NCBI GenBank assembly: GCA_965219875.1
Contig: CBDCOW010000001.1
Coordinates: 604,062 to 668,061, forward strand
Reading direction: 5' to 3'
DNA from: Dehalococcoidia bacterium
GTDB taxonomy: Bacteria; Chloroflexota; Dehalococcoidia; SHYB01
Length of the DNA stretch: 64,000 bases
Shown: piece after piece, positions 1 to 10,188 of the stretch
How the letters are laid out: the number at the start of each line of letters is the position of its first letter
Position numbering within the stretch: the stretch's first letter is position 1
Notes under the pieces: model-generated
What the model saw: only the letters and a program-made list of their open reading frames with translations
Database searches by the model: none
Told to the model about the DNA's origin: nothing
Position numbers and translations under genes: made by a program

Positions 1-5
1 GTAGC

Positions 6-215
6 TCAGGGCACGGGGTCCGACCCGGCGCCCCCCCAAGGAGCGCAGCGGGCAAGGCGCCGCACCGTCAGCCAGCCTCCTCGAACAAAGCCGTGGCGCG
101 TAATCGCCTCCTCCCCGTAGTGCGAACACGTAGGAGAGTAGCGGCACGCGCCCGGATAGTAGGGCGAAAGGGCGGCGCGGTAGAACTTGATGCCCAGGAG
201 CGCAATCGACTTCAT
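6..215 (-). CDS. yidD: Membrane protein insertion efficiency factor YidD
   Basis: [10 protein letters not shown]...RCAPW motif; follows rnpA. Confidence 0.93.
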   Translation of the reverse strand: MKSIALLGIKFYRAALSPYYPGACRYSPTCSHYGEEAITRHGFVRGGWLTVRRLARCAPWGGAGSDPVP

Positions 216-565
216 ATTGTGTCTCTGCGCGGACCCGGCTCATACAGCCTGCCGCGCTTCAGGAGATGCTTCGCGGCGGCCTCGATTGCCTGAAAGGTGG
301 CGCCGGCGGCGGCCGGACGCGCAATGAAGACGAGGTCCCACCCCTTGGCAACCGGCGCGCGCCGCGCGATCTCTCTCAAGCGGCGCTTGACCCGATTCCT
401 TACGACCGCCTTTCCCACGCGGCGGCTTACCAGAAAGCCGAAGCGGCTAAACTCTGTTTCGTTCGCGAGAGCCCGTAGTGTAAGGAGAGGCCCCGACCAT
501 CCGCGCCCTTGTCGGCGCACCCTCGCGTAGTCCGAGCCCTTTCTGAGCCGCGCCTCTTTGCGCAT
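212..565 (-). CDS. rnpA: Ribonuclease P protein component
   Basis: [25 protein letters not shown] (RNR motif). Confidence 0.96.
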   Translation of the reverse strand: MRKEARLRKGSDYARVRRQGRGWSGPLLTLRALANETEFSRFGFLVSRRVGKAVVRNRVKRRLREIARRAPVAKGWDLVFIARPAAAGATFQAIEAAAKHLLKRGRLYEPGPRRDTI

Positions 566-576
566 GCGGCTCCACG

Positions 577-714
577 CTACACGGTCAGGCGCTCTCGGCC
601 CTTCAGCCGACGCCGTTTCAGCACCTCACGGCCGTGTCGGTCACTCATCCGAGCCCGGAACCCGTGCACGCGCTTTCTTCGGCGCGCCTTGGGTTGATAC
701 GTTCGTTTTGGCAT
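577..714 (-). CDS. rpmH: 50S ribosomal protein L34 (not in ORF track)
   Basis: Hand translation [45 protein letters not shown]; upstream of rnpA. Confidence 0.96.
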   Translation of the reverse strand: MPKRTYQPKARRRKRVHGFRARMSDRHGREVLKRRRLKGRERLTV

Positions 715-773
715 AGAAGATTCCCTGGTAGAACCGACCCATTATAGGTTCAGCCCACCCCTAGGGGCAAGCC

Positions 774-1463
774 TCATGGCTGCGACCGGCCCGTGCGCTC
801 CCCCCACAGGATATCGCAGATGAACTCGGCGGCTTCAAGCCGGTTGCGGGCCTGCTCGATACTCTCGCCCCAGACCGTAAGACCGTGGCCGGCGACGAGA
901 AGGGCCGGGAGGGGCGCGTCGGAGGCGTCGAGGAGAACCCCCACATCCTCGGCGAGGGCCTCCATGTCGGAGCGGTTGGCGAGCACGGGAATCTCGGCGC
1001 GGAGGACGCAGTCCTTCCAAGAGACGCCCAGTCCCTTTAGCATCTCCAACCCCTCGGCCACGACCGGGCGGAGCTCGCCGCCACCAGCCGCCGCCCGCGA
1101 CAGCGCCGTCGACGCCACGGTGTGGACGTGAAAGACCGCCCCGGCCTCCGGCAGCCGTTCGTAGATCGTCCGGTGGATCGCCGCCTCCGCCGAAGGACCG
1201 CGGCGCGGCGCGCCCAACGCGGGCAGCAGGAAGCGGCTCTCTTCAGGAATCACTGCGATGTCGGCGTAGCCCAGCGCCCCCTTACTCGCGCCGCTGCCCG
1301 TGATAGCGACCACCGGCTCGCCCTCCGCCACGGGGCCGGAGTCGAGGCGCGCCGACAGATTCCCCGACGTGCCCAGCATCCAGCCCCGTTCGTAGAACGA
1401 CCGCGCCGCCGCGATTAGTTCGTCGATGGCGGCCATGGCCTCGGAGGCGTCGGCGGGCGTCAT
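774..1463 (-). CDS. mtnB: Methylthioribulose-1-phosphate dehydratase
   Basis: Class II aldolase motifs GTSGNLS, PSAEAAIH, HVH, GHGL; mtn context. Confidence 0.9.
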   Translation of the reverse strand: MTPADASEAMAAIDELIAAARSFYERGWMLGTSGNLSARLDSGPVAEGEPVVAITGSGASKGALGYADIAVIPEESRFLLPALGAPRRGPSAEAAIHRTIYERLPEAGAVFHVHTVASTALSRAAAGGGELRPVVAEGLEMLKGLGVSWKDCVLRAEIPVLANRSDMEALAEDVGVLLDASDAPLPALLVAGHGLTVWGESIEQARNRLEAAEFICDILWGERTGRSQP

Positions 1464-2176
1464 GGCGGGCCCTCACCCAGAGGGGGCGTCGTGGCCGGAA
1501 ACGTGTAGGAGTCGCGCAGCGTGTCACGGACGTCCAGCAGCGTGTCGAACGCATGATAAGGAAGCCCGCGCTCGCGCATGATCGCGGCGAGCCGGTCGCG
1601 GGCGAAGACGGCGTCGGCGGCCAGCGCCCCGTGCTCGTCGGTGATGCTGTCGCCGACGACGATGCGGAAGGTGTCCTGGAAGCCCTCCATCGCCTTGGCC
1701 TTGCACAGCGCGCACGTCTCGCAGGCCATGTCAGTACGGGCGCGGATGACCTCGCCGGACAAGTCCGCCGGAATCGAGACGATGCGCGAGATGAGCCCGC
1801 GGTAGGGCTCTAGGACCGGCTCGACGAAGAAGTCGAGGGCGCCGGTCGTGACGGTGAACTCGATCGAGGCGGCGCGGCAGTAGCGCAGCAGATCGTCGAA
1901 CCCCGGCCGGAAGCGGACGATGCGCTTGGCGAAGGCGGCGATCTCCGGCGCGCGGCTCGCGGGGATCCGGGCGAAGACTTCGGGTACCCCTTGAAGCAAA
2001 CTCTTCCGCCCCGCCAGCATGGCCTCGACGTCGCGCTCCCAGCCCGGCGGCGCGAACGCGCGCCACACCTCGACGATCACTTCGTCCATCGTGATCGTGC
2101 CGTCGAAGTCGCAGAAGACCACGGGCCGCCGCTCGACGACCCGAACGTTCCCTGCGTCTGCGGGGCTTATGCCCAT
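1460..2176 (-). CDS. mtnX: HK-MTPenyl-1-P phosphatase (HAD)
   Basis: CDFDGTIT, CxxCK, GDSITD, VFARD; adjacent to RLP. Confidence 0.88.
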   Translation of the reverse strand: MGISPADAGNVRVVERRPVVFCDFDGTITMDEVIVEVWRAFAPPGWERDVEAMLAGRKSLLQGVPEVFARIPASRAPEIAAFAKRIVRFRPGFDDLLRYCRAASIEFTVTTGALDFFVEPVLEPYRGLISRIVSIPADLSGEVIRARTDMACETCALCKAKAMEGFQDTFRIVVGDSITDEHGALAADAVFARDRLAAIMRERGLPYHAFDTLLDVRDTLRDSYTFPATTPPLGEGPP

Positions 2177-3369
2177 AGCTTCAGAGCCGCGGCAAGCTCG
2201 GGCGTATCGGCGCTGCTGGGGTCAGCCCCTTCGAGTGCGAGTTCGATGGACTGGCGAAAGGCCACCGCCCCGGCGCGGCTGCCCATAGGGTGGCCGTGGA
2301 CCCCGCCGCCGGCGTTGATCACCACGTCCCGCCCATAGTCGGCGACAATGCGGGGAGTCAGGCCGGGGTGAATCCCCGCGGAGGGGCCGGGAAACGCCGC
2401 CGCCACGCCCGGCATGGGGCGGGTGAGACGGTCGCGGATCGCCTCCGTCTCATCGTGCCGCAGCGCGACCGTGCCATAGCTGGAAGGGAAGAGCACCACG
2501 TCGGCGCCCGCGGCGCGCATCAGCGTGCCAAGGATGACGTGGTAGGCGATGCCGTGGCGCGGCGCGCCGCCGAGCGCGCCCGACACCGCGGGATGGGCCA
2601 CGATGGGCACGCCGACCTCTGGGTCCCGGGCCAGCGCCTCCAACGTCCCGTACCCGTAGGCCAGCACGTTGAGCAGGAAGCACGACGCGCCCCGTCGTGC
2701 CAGGTCGCGGGCGCGCTCGACGATCTCACCGGCGCGTGCGGTCAAGTTGACCGCGTAGAGCGTCTTGTGCCCCGTCGCCGACTCGACGGCGCTGGCCGCT
2801 TCCAGGCAGCGCTCCAGCCGGCGCTCGGTGGGGCAGCTCTCCAGATCGGGCAGGATCTCGTCGTCCTTCACCACGTCGGCGCCGCCCTCCGCCTGCTCTC
2901 GGAACATGGCGGCGAGGTCGTCGGGCGTGAGCCCCACGCAGGGCTTGAAGATCGACATCACCAGCGGACGGTCCGCGACGCCTAGCAGCCGGCGCAGTCC
3001 TTCGACCCCGAACCGCGGGCCGGGCAGGCCGACCATGAACTCCGGCGGCAGCTCGAGGTCCGCCAGCCGTATCGCGCCGTCCATGCTGACCTTGCCGAAG
3101 ACCATCACCAGCAGCGTCGCCACGTCGCCCTCAGTATTCTCGGGAGGATAGCCGATGGTGACCTCGGCGGTGTGCACGCCGTCATGGACGGCGGCCTCGC
3201 CCGCGTCGAGCACGCGCCCCCGGTGGCGTTCCAGTCGCTCCAGCCCGCCGCGCTCCGTCGGCGTCCACGTATCGGTCGTCTGCCCCAAGGCAATCCCCAA
3301 CGCCTTCTTCTCGGCGTCAAAAGGCTCGGGCGACGAGACGATGTAGGTCGCGCGGATGAGATCGGCCAT
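2167..3369 (-). CDS. mtnW: RuBisCO-like protein (form IV), DK-MTP-1-P enolase
   Basis: FGKVSMDG, VKDDE, HPA, PSAGIHPG, GGGVHGHP. Confidence 0.9.
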   Translation of the reverse strand: MADLIRATYIVSSPEPFDAEKKALGIALGQTTDTWTPTERGGLERLERHRGRVLDAGEAAVHDGVHTAEVTIGYPPENTEGDVATLLVMVFGKVSMDGAIRLADLELPPEFMVGLPGPRFGVEGLRRLLGVADRPLVMSIFKPCVGLTPDDLAAMFREQAEGGADVVKDDEILPDLESCPTERRLERCLEAASAVESATGHKTLYAVNLTARAGEIVERARDLARRGASCFLLNVLAYGYGTLEALARDPEVGVPIVAHPAVSGALGGAPRHGIAYHVILGTLMRAAGADVVLFPSSYGTVALRHDETEAIRDRLTRPMPGVAAAFPGPSAGIHPGLTPRIVADYGRDVVINAGGGVHGHPMGSRAGAVAFRQSIELALEGADPSSADTPELAAALKLWA

Positions 3370-3409
3370 GATGCTTCACGTCAGAGGCGGAACGAAGAGC
3401 GCGGTGCGG

Positions 3410-3919
3410 CTAGGACTCGCGGTAGTGAGGCGCCCAGCCCGCGGTGTCTTTGAACAAACGGATGGCCTTAACGTGGCGGGCATCGGTGAGCGTGAACCAG
3501 TGGTACGTCCCCGCGGGGACGATGATGTAGTCGCCCGCCGACACGGTGACGGCGAAAGGGTCGCCGTCCTCCGGCTCGAAGCCGAAGACGCCCTCGCCGG
3601 CGAAGATGTAGCGCACCTCGTCATCGTCGTGGTAGTGCGCCTTGTCGAACTTCGCCAGCATCTCGTCAAGGCCGGGCGTCTCGGGGCTCAGCACGACCAT
3701 GTCGGCCATGATGTAGCCGCGGGCCTGGTTTTCGGACTCGAGGCGCGGGCGGAAGGCCGCCAGCACCGCCGCCTTCTCGTCGTCGGAGAGCGCAGGCTTG
3801 GCTTGGAGGGCGGCCACCTCGCCGGGGATGGGCCACGCGTCGTAGGGGATGCCGCGCGCTTGCAAGAAGTCGAGGGCCGCCCCGGAGCCGCCGCCAGGCG
3901 GCGCTTGGATCGCAACCAT
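3410..3919 (-). CDS. mtnD: Acireductone dioxygenase
   Basis: HYHDDDEVRY...VPAGTYHWF...AIRLF cupin signature. Confidence 0.92.
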   Translation of the reverse strand: MVAIQAPPGGGSGAALDFLQARGIPYDAWPIPGEVAALQAKPALSDDEKAAVLAAFRPRLESENQARGYIMADMVVLSPETPGLDEMLAKFDKAHYHDDDEVRYIFAGEGVFGFEPEDGDPFAVTVSAGDYIIVPAGTYHWFTLTDARHVKAIRLFKDTAGWAPHYRES

Positions 3920-4042
3920 GTGAGCCTCCTCTACGCGCCCATTCTACCGCCTCCCGCTGCCCAGCGGGCCGTGGCGGCTCTCGAAGTCGTAGTGGTATAG
4001 TGACAGGAGCGCGGAGGGCGGCAGGCTATCCGCGCCCCGGTC

Positions 4043-4119
4043 GCCAACGTAGCTCAGCTGGTCAGAGCGGGCGCTTCATAAGCGCTAGGTCGCAGGTTCA
4101 AGTCCTGCCGTTGGCACCA
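4043..4119 (+). tRNA. tRNA with CAT anticodon (elongator Met; Ile2 not excluded)
   Basis: GCCAACG/CGTTGGC acceptor, loop TTCATAA, GGTTCAAGTCC T-arm, CCA. Confidence 0.93.
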
Positions 4120-4186
4120 CAAAAAGTAAAGACATTGGCGCCGCGCCGCCGGCCCCGCCGCGGAACGGTCGCAACATTGAGCACGC

Positions 4187-4263
4187 GGGCGCTTAGCTCA
4201 GCCGGTTAGAGCGCATCCTTCACACGGATGAGGTCAGTGGTTCGAGTCCACTAGCGCCCACCA
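4187..4263 (+). tRNA. tRNA-Val(CAC)
   Basis: GGGCGCT/AGCGCCC acceptor, CATCC-TTCACAC-GGATG, CCA. Confidence 0.95.
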
Positions 4264-4354
4264 TGACGCTCATGGCAGAGATGCGAGTGAGTGTGAGATG
4301 ATTGAAGTCCAAGTGATGACCAGGTATTGCTGAGTCCAGGCGACAGGTAAATGC

Positions 4355-4876
4355 ATGGCAGACGTGGTATTTGAGATCAAGACGAACAAGGGAGCGGCTG
4401 TTCGCGGCGCTGTGGTGCTGGTAGCCTATCCTGACGGAAGATACCTCACCGGTCAGACCGACGCCGACGGTAAGTGTCGGCTGAACCTATACCGCACCGA
4501 TCACGAAATGAAGGTGCTTGTAGCTGCGGAGGGCCATCTACCTTTCCATAAAACCACTATTCCGGGAAAATCAGAAATCGTGCCCGTGGAGCTAGAGCCG
4601 TCAAAGGACGACAAGAAGGCACTGCTCTTTACCCGCAGCACAGGATATATCCCAGGGATTGAGGGACGCCTCAATCCGCTCAAGGGTGGTTATGTCTATG
4701 GTGACAACATCGCCATCAACGGGCGACTCGCAAAACCTGCCGCACATTTTACGATAGGAGAATGCCTCCATTTGATCGACGTGTACGGCGTAGAGACGAC
4801 TATCCGGTTTCTGGAGGTTGAGGGGCAATTCTCTCTTATTGAGTACACCGAGCCCAAAGCTTACTCTGGGAAATAA
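4355..4876 (+). CDS. Hypothetical protein, N-terminal carboxypeptidase-regulatory/prealbumin-like beta domain
   Basis: GAVVLV...GQTDADGK pattern; visibly lower GC; right after tRNA-Val. Confidence 0.65.
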   Translation: MADVVFEIKTNKGAAVRGAVVLVAYPDGRYLTGQTDADGKCRLNLYRTDHEMKVLVAAEGHLPFHKTTIPGKSEIVPVELEPSKDDKKALLFTRSTGYIPGIEGRLNPLKGGYVYGDNIAINGRLAKPAAHFTIGECLHLIDVYGVETTIRFLEVEGQFSLIEYTEPKAYSGK

Positions 4877-4878
4877 AC

Positions 4879-5247
4879 GTGGCCACGGCGGAGCAACATC
4901 GAGCGATTAGCACTCAGTTCTTGGAGCACGCCGAGGACGAATTACGTAAAGGCGATCTGCTTCAGGCCTCCGAGAAGGCATGGGGGGCGATTTCCCACTA
5001 TGTGAACTCCGTTGCCCGTCAGCGGAACTGGCCTTTGGGATCGCACAGCCGACTGATCGCAAATGCCAACAAGCTAATCAGCGGCGACCCAGCCAACGCG
5101 AGCCATAAGCGGAGGCTGCTCCGATCAATCGAGGCGCTACATGCTAACTTCTATCAAGCATTCTTGGACGAGGATTCGGTGGGCGAGGGCATTCAGGACG
5201 CCAAGGAACTTATCAGAACCCTAGAAGTCCCTAACACGGACACATAG
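4879..5247 (+). CDS. PaREP1/HEPN-like protein
   Basis: GDLLQASEKAWGA...LHANFY signature. Confidence 0.8.
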   Translation: MATAEQHRAISTQFLEHAEDELRKGDLLQASEKAWGAISHYVNSVARQRNWPLGSHSRLIANANKLISGDPANASHKRRLLRSIEALHANFYQAFLDEDSVGEGIQDAKELIRTLEVPNTDT

Positions 5248-5547
5248 TAGGTGTCTTGGACGTTTGAGTGGGCGCACTCTCTTCGTAACTCTGATTTCAT
5301 CAGGGCCGAACGAACGACCGGAACGGGGCTGCCAAGGCATCGCTTGCGTTCCTCAGCCCCGTCGCACCATAGTGCCCAAGCCGAGGGCCTCGGTAGGTTC
5401 ACAGCGCCCCCAACCACATCTCGAAGATGGTACTGCCTACCGTCCAATCAGGCTCACCACGCGTTACAAACCCCAGAACCTTCACGCTGAGGTTCCGGTT
5501 TAGCGCCTTCCATTCGGCGCGCTTCAGCGCCTTGTTTTGGTGCTCGG

Positions 5548-7542
5548 CTACAGCGTGCGTCCGGCGCGGGCGCCGTCGAGCATGGCGTGCATGATGCGCC
5601 GCGGGGCGAGGCTGTCCCCGATGAGGACAAGCTCTTTCGTCTTGCCCCGGAGCGCCTTCGCCAGGCGGTCGTCGGCCCTCGTGCCGCAGGCGAGGACCAC
5701 CGTGTCGACGCCTCGGACCTTCCGCTCCCGGCGGGTGAACGTCTGCAACAGCGTCGCCCCAGGGGCGTCGAAGCTCTGGATGCGGGTCATCATCGAGATC
5801 GTCACACCCTTGGTGAGAAGCCTCTTGAACAACAGATAACGCGTCGGGTGCTCGGCCCCGAGGGACAGATCGACTTGCTCGGAGATAAGCTCGACCTCCT
5901 TGCCCTGGTCGGCGAGGAACTCGGCCGCCGTCGGAGCCCCGATGTGGTCGTCCATGCCGCCGACGACGATCACCTTCTCACCGGCCACGGCAGCCCCTGA
6001 GAAAAGGTCGATCGCGGTGATCACGTGAGGACTCTCGACGCCGGGAAACTCGGGGATGTAGGGGCGGCCCCCGGTGGCGACGACGACCGCGTCGGGGGCC
6101 ATCTCGAGGACGACGTCGGCTTCTATCTCGTCGCCCAGGAGTAGCTCGACCTTGGCCTGGCGGAGCTCTCGTTGGAAGAAGACGATCATGTCGGCCAGGT
6201 TGCGGCGGTTGGGGTCCTGCGCCAGGATGCGGACCGTGCCGCCGAGCGCCTTCTCGCGGTCGCCCAGATAGACCTGGTGGCCGCGCAGGGCAGCCGCTCG
6301 GGCGGCCTCCATGCCCGCCGGCCCGGCGCCCACGACGAGGACCGTCTTCCTGACCTCCGCCGGCACGATCTCCATCTCGGCTTCCCGGCCCGCCGCCGGG
6401 TTCACCGCGCACATCACCGGCTTCCGGGCGTGTCCAATGTAGTGGCACTCGTCCATGCCGACGCACATGCGGATGTCGTCGGGGCGTCCTTCTTTCGCCT
6501 TGACCGGCAACTCGGGGTCGGCTATCAGGGCGCGGACCATGCCGACCATGTCGGCCGCGCCGTCGGCGAGGATGCTGTTCGCCATCGCGGGGTCGGTGAT
6601 CTTACCGGTAACGAAGACGGGCACGTCGACGAGCTTCTTGACCGCGGCCGCGGCCTCCACGTTGTGGGCGGGCCGCACGTACCACGGGCTGACGTAGGCG
6701 ATCTCGAGGCCGTCGGCCAGGCCGGTGTAGTTGCCGCCGCTGACACTGATAAAGGCGACGTGAGGCGAGAGCGACTGGCCGATGCCGGCAAGCTCGTCGA
6801 TGGTGAGGCCGCCGTGCCGGCCGTCGCCGTCCAGCCCGATCCGAATGCCGATGGGGTAGTCGGGACCGACGAGGTTGCGACCCGCCTCGATGATCTCCAA
6901 CACGAAACGGACACGGTTCTCGCGGCTTCCGCCGTAACGGTCCTCCCGCAGGTTGAACCGGGGCGAGAGGAACTCGGTGACCAGATATCCATGCGCGCCG
7001 TGGATCTCGGCGGCGTCGAGGCCCGCCTCCTTGGCCCGCCGGATGCCGTGGGCAAAGGTGGTCACCAGGTCGGCGATCTCCTCTTCGGTCAGCTCGTGAG
7101 GGACAGCGGCGTCGAAGGGCTCGGGGACCGTCGAGGGGCCGAAGGCGGGCTGCAGGCTGTCGCGATGCATGCCGGCCCCGGCGTTGTAGACCTGGCCGAA
7201 GACCTTGGCCCCCTCATCGTGGATCACCTCGGCGCGCTTGCGTAGGCCCGGGATGCCTATCTTGTCGAAGAACTCGATGCCCTCGGGCGTCGCCGGATTG
7301 GGTAGGCGCACGTCGAAGTCGCGACCGTGATTCTCCTTCCAGCGTCCCGGCCCAAGGGGGAAATTCGTCGTGCCCGCGGAATGGATGCCGATGAGCGCCG
7401 CCCCGCCCCGGGCCCGCTCTTGGAGGTACCGCAGATCGCGCTGCTCCGAGTGCCCCGTGCCATGGGTGGTCATCACGATGCGGTTCCGCACCGCGAAGTT
7501 GCCGATCTGGAGTGGTTCGAAGAGGCGTGGAAAGTCGGGCAT
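5548..7542 (-). CDS. NADH:flavin oxidoreductase (OYE + FAD domain)
   Basis: EIHGAHGYL, REDRYGGS, Cys cluster CVGMDEC..C, GAGPAGMEAA. Confidence 0.92.
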   Translation of the reverse strand: MPDFPRLFEPLQIGNFAVRNRIVMTTHGTGHSEQRDLRYLQERARGGAALIGIHSAGTTNFPLGPGRWKENHGRDFDVRLPNPATPEGIEFFDKIGIPGLRKRAEVIHDEGAKVFGQVYNAGAGMHRDSLQPAFGPSTVPEPFDAAVPHELTEEEIADLVTTFAHGIRRAKEAGLDAAEIHGAHGYLVTEFLSPRFNLREDRYGGSRENRVRFVLEIIEAGRNLVGPDYPIGIRIGLDGDGRHGGLTIDELAGIGQSLSPHVAFISVSGGNYTGLADGLEIAYVSPWYVRPAHNVEAAAAVKKLVDVPVFVTGKITDPAMANSILADGAADMVGMVRALIADPELPVKAKEGRPDDIRMCVGMDECHYIGHARKPVMCAVNPAAGREAEMEIVPAEVRKTVLVVGAGPAGMEAARAAALRGHQVYLGDREKALGGTVRILAQDPNRRNLADMIVFFQRELRQAKVELLLGDEIEADVVLEMAPDAVVVATGGRPYIPEFPGVESPHVITAIDLFSGAAVAGEKVIVVGGMDDHIGAPTAAEFLADQGKEVELISEQVDLSLGAEHPTRYLLFKRLLTKGVTISMMTRIQSFDAPGATLLQTFTRRERKVRGVDTVVLACGTRADDRLAKALRGKTKELVLIGDSLAPRRIMHAMLDGARAGRTL

Positions 7543-7634
7543 GATTTTCTCTTGGGGAAGGGTCGCACTGCGGGCCGGGCGCTACTACGCACGCCGCCCG
7601 CTGACCCCGATGCCGCCGACCACCATCATAAAAT

Positions 7635-7660
7635 GCTAGGTCGCAGGTTCAAGTCCTGCC
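7635..7660 (+). repeat. 26-bp copy of the tRNA-Met variable loop/T-arm region (att-like scar)
   Basis: GCTAGGTCGCAGGTTCAAGTCCTGCC identical to 4084-4109. Confidence 0.85.
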
Positions 7661-7804
7661 CACCACCTCCAAGGTCGTCGGTTCCACCTCTACTCATTCG
7701 CTCGGGGGTCGCGAGAAGCGAACGGTCGCGCGGCGTGGGAACAAACCTACGCCGGGCCGCGTCTATAAATATGTAGACTCATCCCCACCACCGAGGCCGC
7801 CCGA

Positions 7805-8976
7805 ATGAAGACCACGACCAAGACCGCCCTCCTCTCCTTCCTGACCGTATCGACCATCCTTCTGGCGGCCGCCTGCCAGAGCGCGTCCGGGCCACCCAAC
7901 GCGACGTGGGAAGCCCCGTCGGGCCGGGAACCCAACGCCTCGGTAACCGGCAGCGTCTCCTACCGGGAGCGGTTGGCCCTGACGCCGGGCGCGGCCCTCG
8001 TCGTCGAGCTGCGGGACGTCTCCTACGCCGACGCCCCCGCTCCCCTCATCGCTCGCCAGACCATCTCCGGGCCCGGGCAAGTTCCCATCAAGTTCGAAGT
8101 GCGATACAACCGCCAGGACATCAACCCCCGGAACACCTATGGACTGAGCGCCCGGATCGTCGAATCCGACGGCCGCCTCGCCTTCACCAACGACACCGCC
8201 TACGACGTGATCACCCGCGGGAATCCCGACAAAGTGGACATGCTCCTCGTCCTAGTGGAGCCGCCCCCCCGACCAGGTAGGCGACAACGCGGACTGGCGC
8301 ACCTGGGTCGAGGTCCCCGCCCCCATCGTTTGGGCCAATCTGATACCCAACGAGACGGAAAACCTGCTGCGGATCGCCTACTACCAGTCCACGATCGAAG
8401 GCTGCGCCCGCCCCGGCAACCAGGAATTGGAGTTGGACGGCAACGACATCATCGTCCGGCTTACGCTGATGCAGCCGCCACCCAACCTCCTGGGCGATTC
8501 CTTGCGATGAGCAGGTGGTGGAGCTTGACGCCGTAGAGCCCATCAGACAGCCGCTTCGATCTGGCCAGACCTACCGGGTGATAGCAAACGGCCAGGAAAC
8601 CACCTCCTTTACCCTGCCACTGCTCGGCCGGCGGCACACGGTTATCGCCGAGTCGCCGATCGAGCTCGCCGAGGTGGTGCTCCTAGAAAGCGCTCCGCCC
8701 CAGTACCAGCTTCGCGTCCTCTCTGCCTTGGCGAAAGGGAGCAGCTGCTCGCAGTTCAACGGCTACGAAATCCGCCGAACAGACGCCGACCGCATCGACG
8801 TGGCCATCACCCACCATCAGACTGCCGACTCGGTTGGCCCCTTTACCGCTGCCCCCTGTACCGCCGACTACCCCATCGTAGAGACCAACGTCCCGTTAGG
8901 TTCCGACTTCGAGCGCGGCGTCGAGTACACCGTCACCGTGAACACAGACACCACGACGTCATTCGTAGCCCGGTAG
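7805..8976 (+). pseudogene. YbaY-domain lipoprotein with two C-terminal Cys-pair domains, two +1 frameshifts
   Basis: Lipobox LAAAC; YRERLALTP..VELRDVS..GQVPIKF; frame restored by removing one base in the C7 run (8264-8270) and one near 8484. Confidence 0.75.
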
Positions 8977-9065
8977 CGACATCCGAACCGGCTACGCTTC
9001 GCTCACCGTCGGGTAGAATGTGACCGCACGGAACTTCCCTGCGCCTACCGGAAAGGACCAACGCC

Positions 9066-9719
9066 ATGCTGAGATTCGTCGAGGAAATCACCCTGCTCCT
9101 GCTCCACGACGACGACGGGAGGTTCGCGCGCGTCCCCAGTTGGTCGCTCAGCTACGCCCTCGCCGGCGGCGTGCTCATGGACCTCGCCATGGAGAACCGC
9201 ATCGACACCGACCTTGAGCATCTCATCCTGGTGGACGCCACCCCCACCGGCGACAGCCTGCTCGACCCAACGCTGGCCGAGGTCGCGGCTGGCGAGAAGC
9301 ACGACGCCCGCTACTGGGTCGAACAGACCGCGGAGCGCTCCGATGTCATCCAGGAGGAAGCCCTCACCCGCCTCATCGCCCTCGGCATCCTGGAGCGCCA
9401 GGAAGACCGCTTCCTCTGGGTCTTCCGTTCCAGGCGCTACCCGATGATCGACGGTCAGGCCGAGCGCGAGGTCAAGCTGCGCATCATGAGCGTGCTGTTC
9501 AGCGACGAGATCCCCGACCCGCGCGACGTGGTGATCATCTGTCTCGCCGACGCCTGCGGCATCTTCAAGGAGCTCCTGTCCAAGCGGGAGTTGGAACAAG
9601 CCGCCCCCCGCATCGAGCAGGTGCGCAAACTGGACCTCATCGGCCAAGCGATGACCCAGGCGATCCACGACATCGAACTCTCGGTCGCCGCCTCGGTACA
9701 GGGCCACTACCTCTACTAA
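9066..9719 (+). CDS. GPP34 (GOLPH3/VPS74) family protein
   Basis: EEITLLLL..G, LAGGVLMDLA, FLWVF..RYP. Confidence 0.85.
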   Translation: MLRFVEEITLLLLHDDDGRFARVPSWSLSYALAGGVLMDLAMENRIDTDLEHLILVDATPTGDSLLDPTLAEVAAGEKHDARYWVEQTAERSDVIQEEALTRLIALGILERQEDRFLWVFRSRRYPMIDGQAEREVKLRIMSVLFSDEIPDPRDVVIICLADACGIFKELLSKRELEQAAPRIEQVRKLDLIGQAMTQAIHDIELSVAASVQGHYLY

Positions 9720-9773
9720 CGCACCGCCCTCCCGTTCCCCCTCCCGAATGCCGCTCTGCACCTCTCTCCGTCC

Positions 9774-9975
9774 GGAGACCTTTGCGTAACTCCGCCAACG
9801 GAGAGTTCGCAAACCTCCGGTCTTGGCGAGGGGAGCGGGTGAGCGGTCTTACCTCCTCTCCCAACGGAGACCTTTGCAAAACTCCGTCGAGGGGAGGAAC
9901 GCCGCCCGCGGCCTTGGGAAAGGGAGCCGGCGCGGGGTTTTACCCCCCTCTCCCGCTGGGTGAGGGCGGGGGGAG
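9774..9975. repeat. IS5-end/REP cluster
   Basis: GGAGACCTTTGC at 9774 and 9866; CCCTCTCCC..GGG hairpins. Confidence 0.75.
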
Positions 9976-10188
9976 GCGGGGGCCGCGCGACCTTGCTGAA
10001 GCCCGCCCGCGTCAGTCGCTTCGGCTCACAGGGGTCCCCCCGGAGAGAGGGCACGCCCCAGCACCTGATAACGGTACCCGCCCGATCCCAAGGCCATCGA
10101 CCCACCCGCCGCTGGCCACGCCGTTGACCGGCGTCCGGAGACCGTCTACGCTCCGCACCACGTGCTAGCCGCGCGCAGGAGGACGGCG

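Noticed and set aside
2167-3369. CO2-fixing RuBisCO
   Set aside because: Form IV features (KPCVG rather than KPKLG, FGKxS) and mtnX/B/D context; no rbcS or prk.
9066-9719. Eukaryote-derived GOLPH3 gene
   Set aside because: GPP34 homologues are already known to be common in bacteria, and its composition matches the host.
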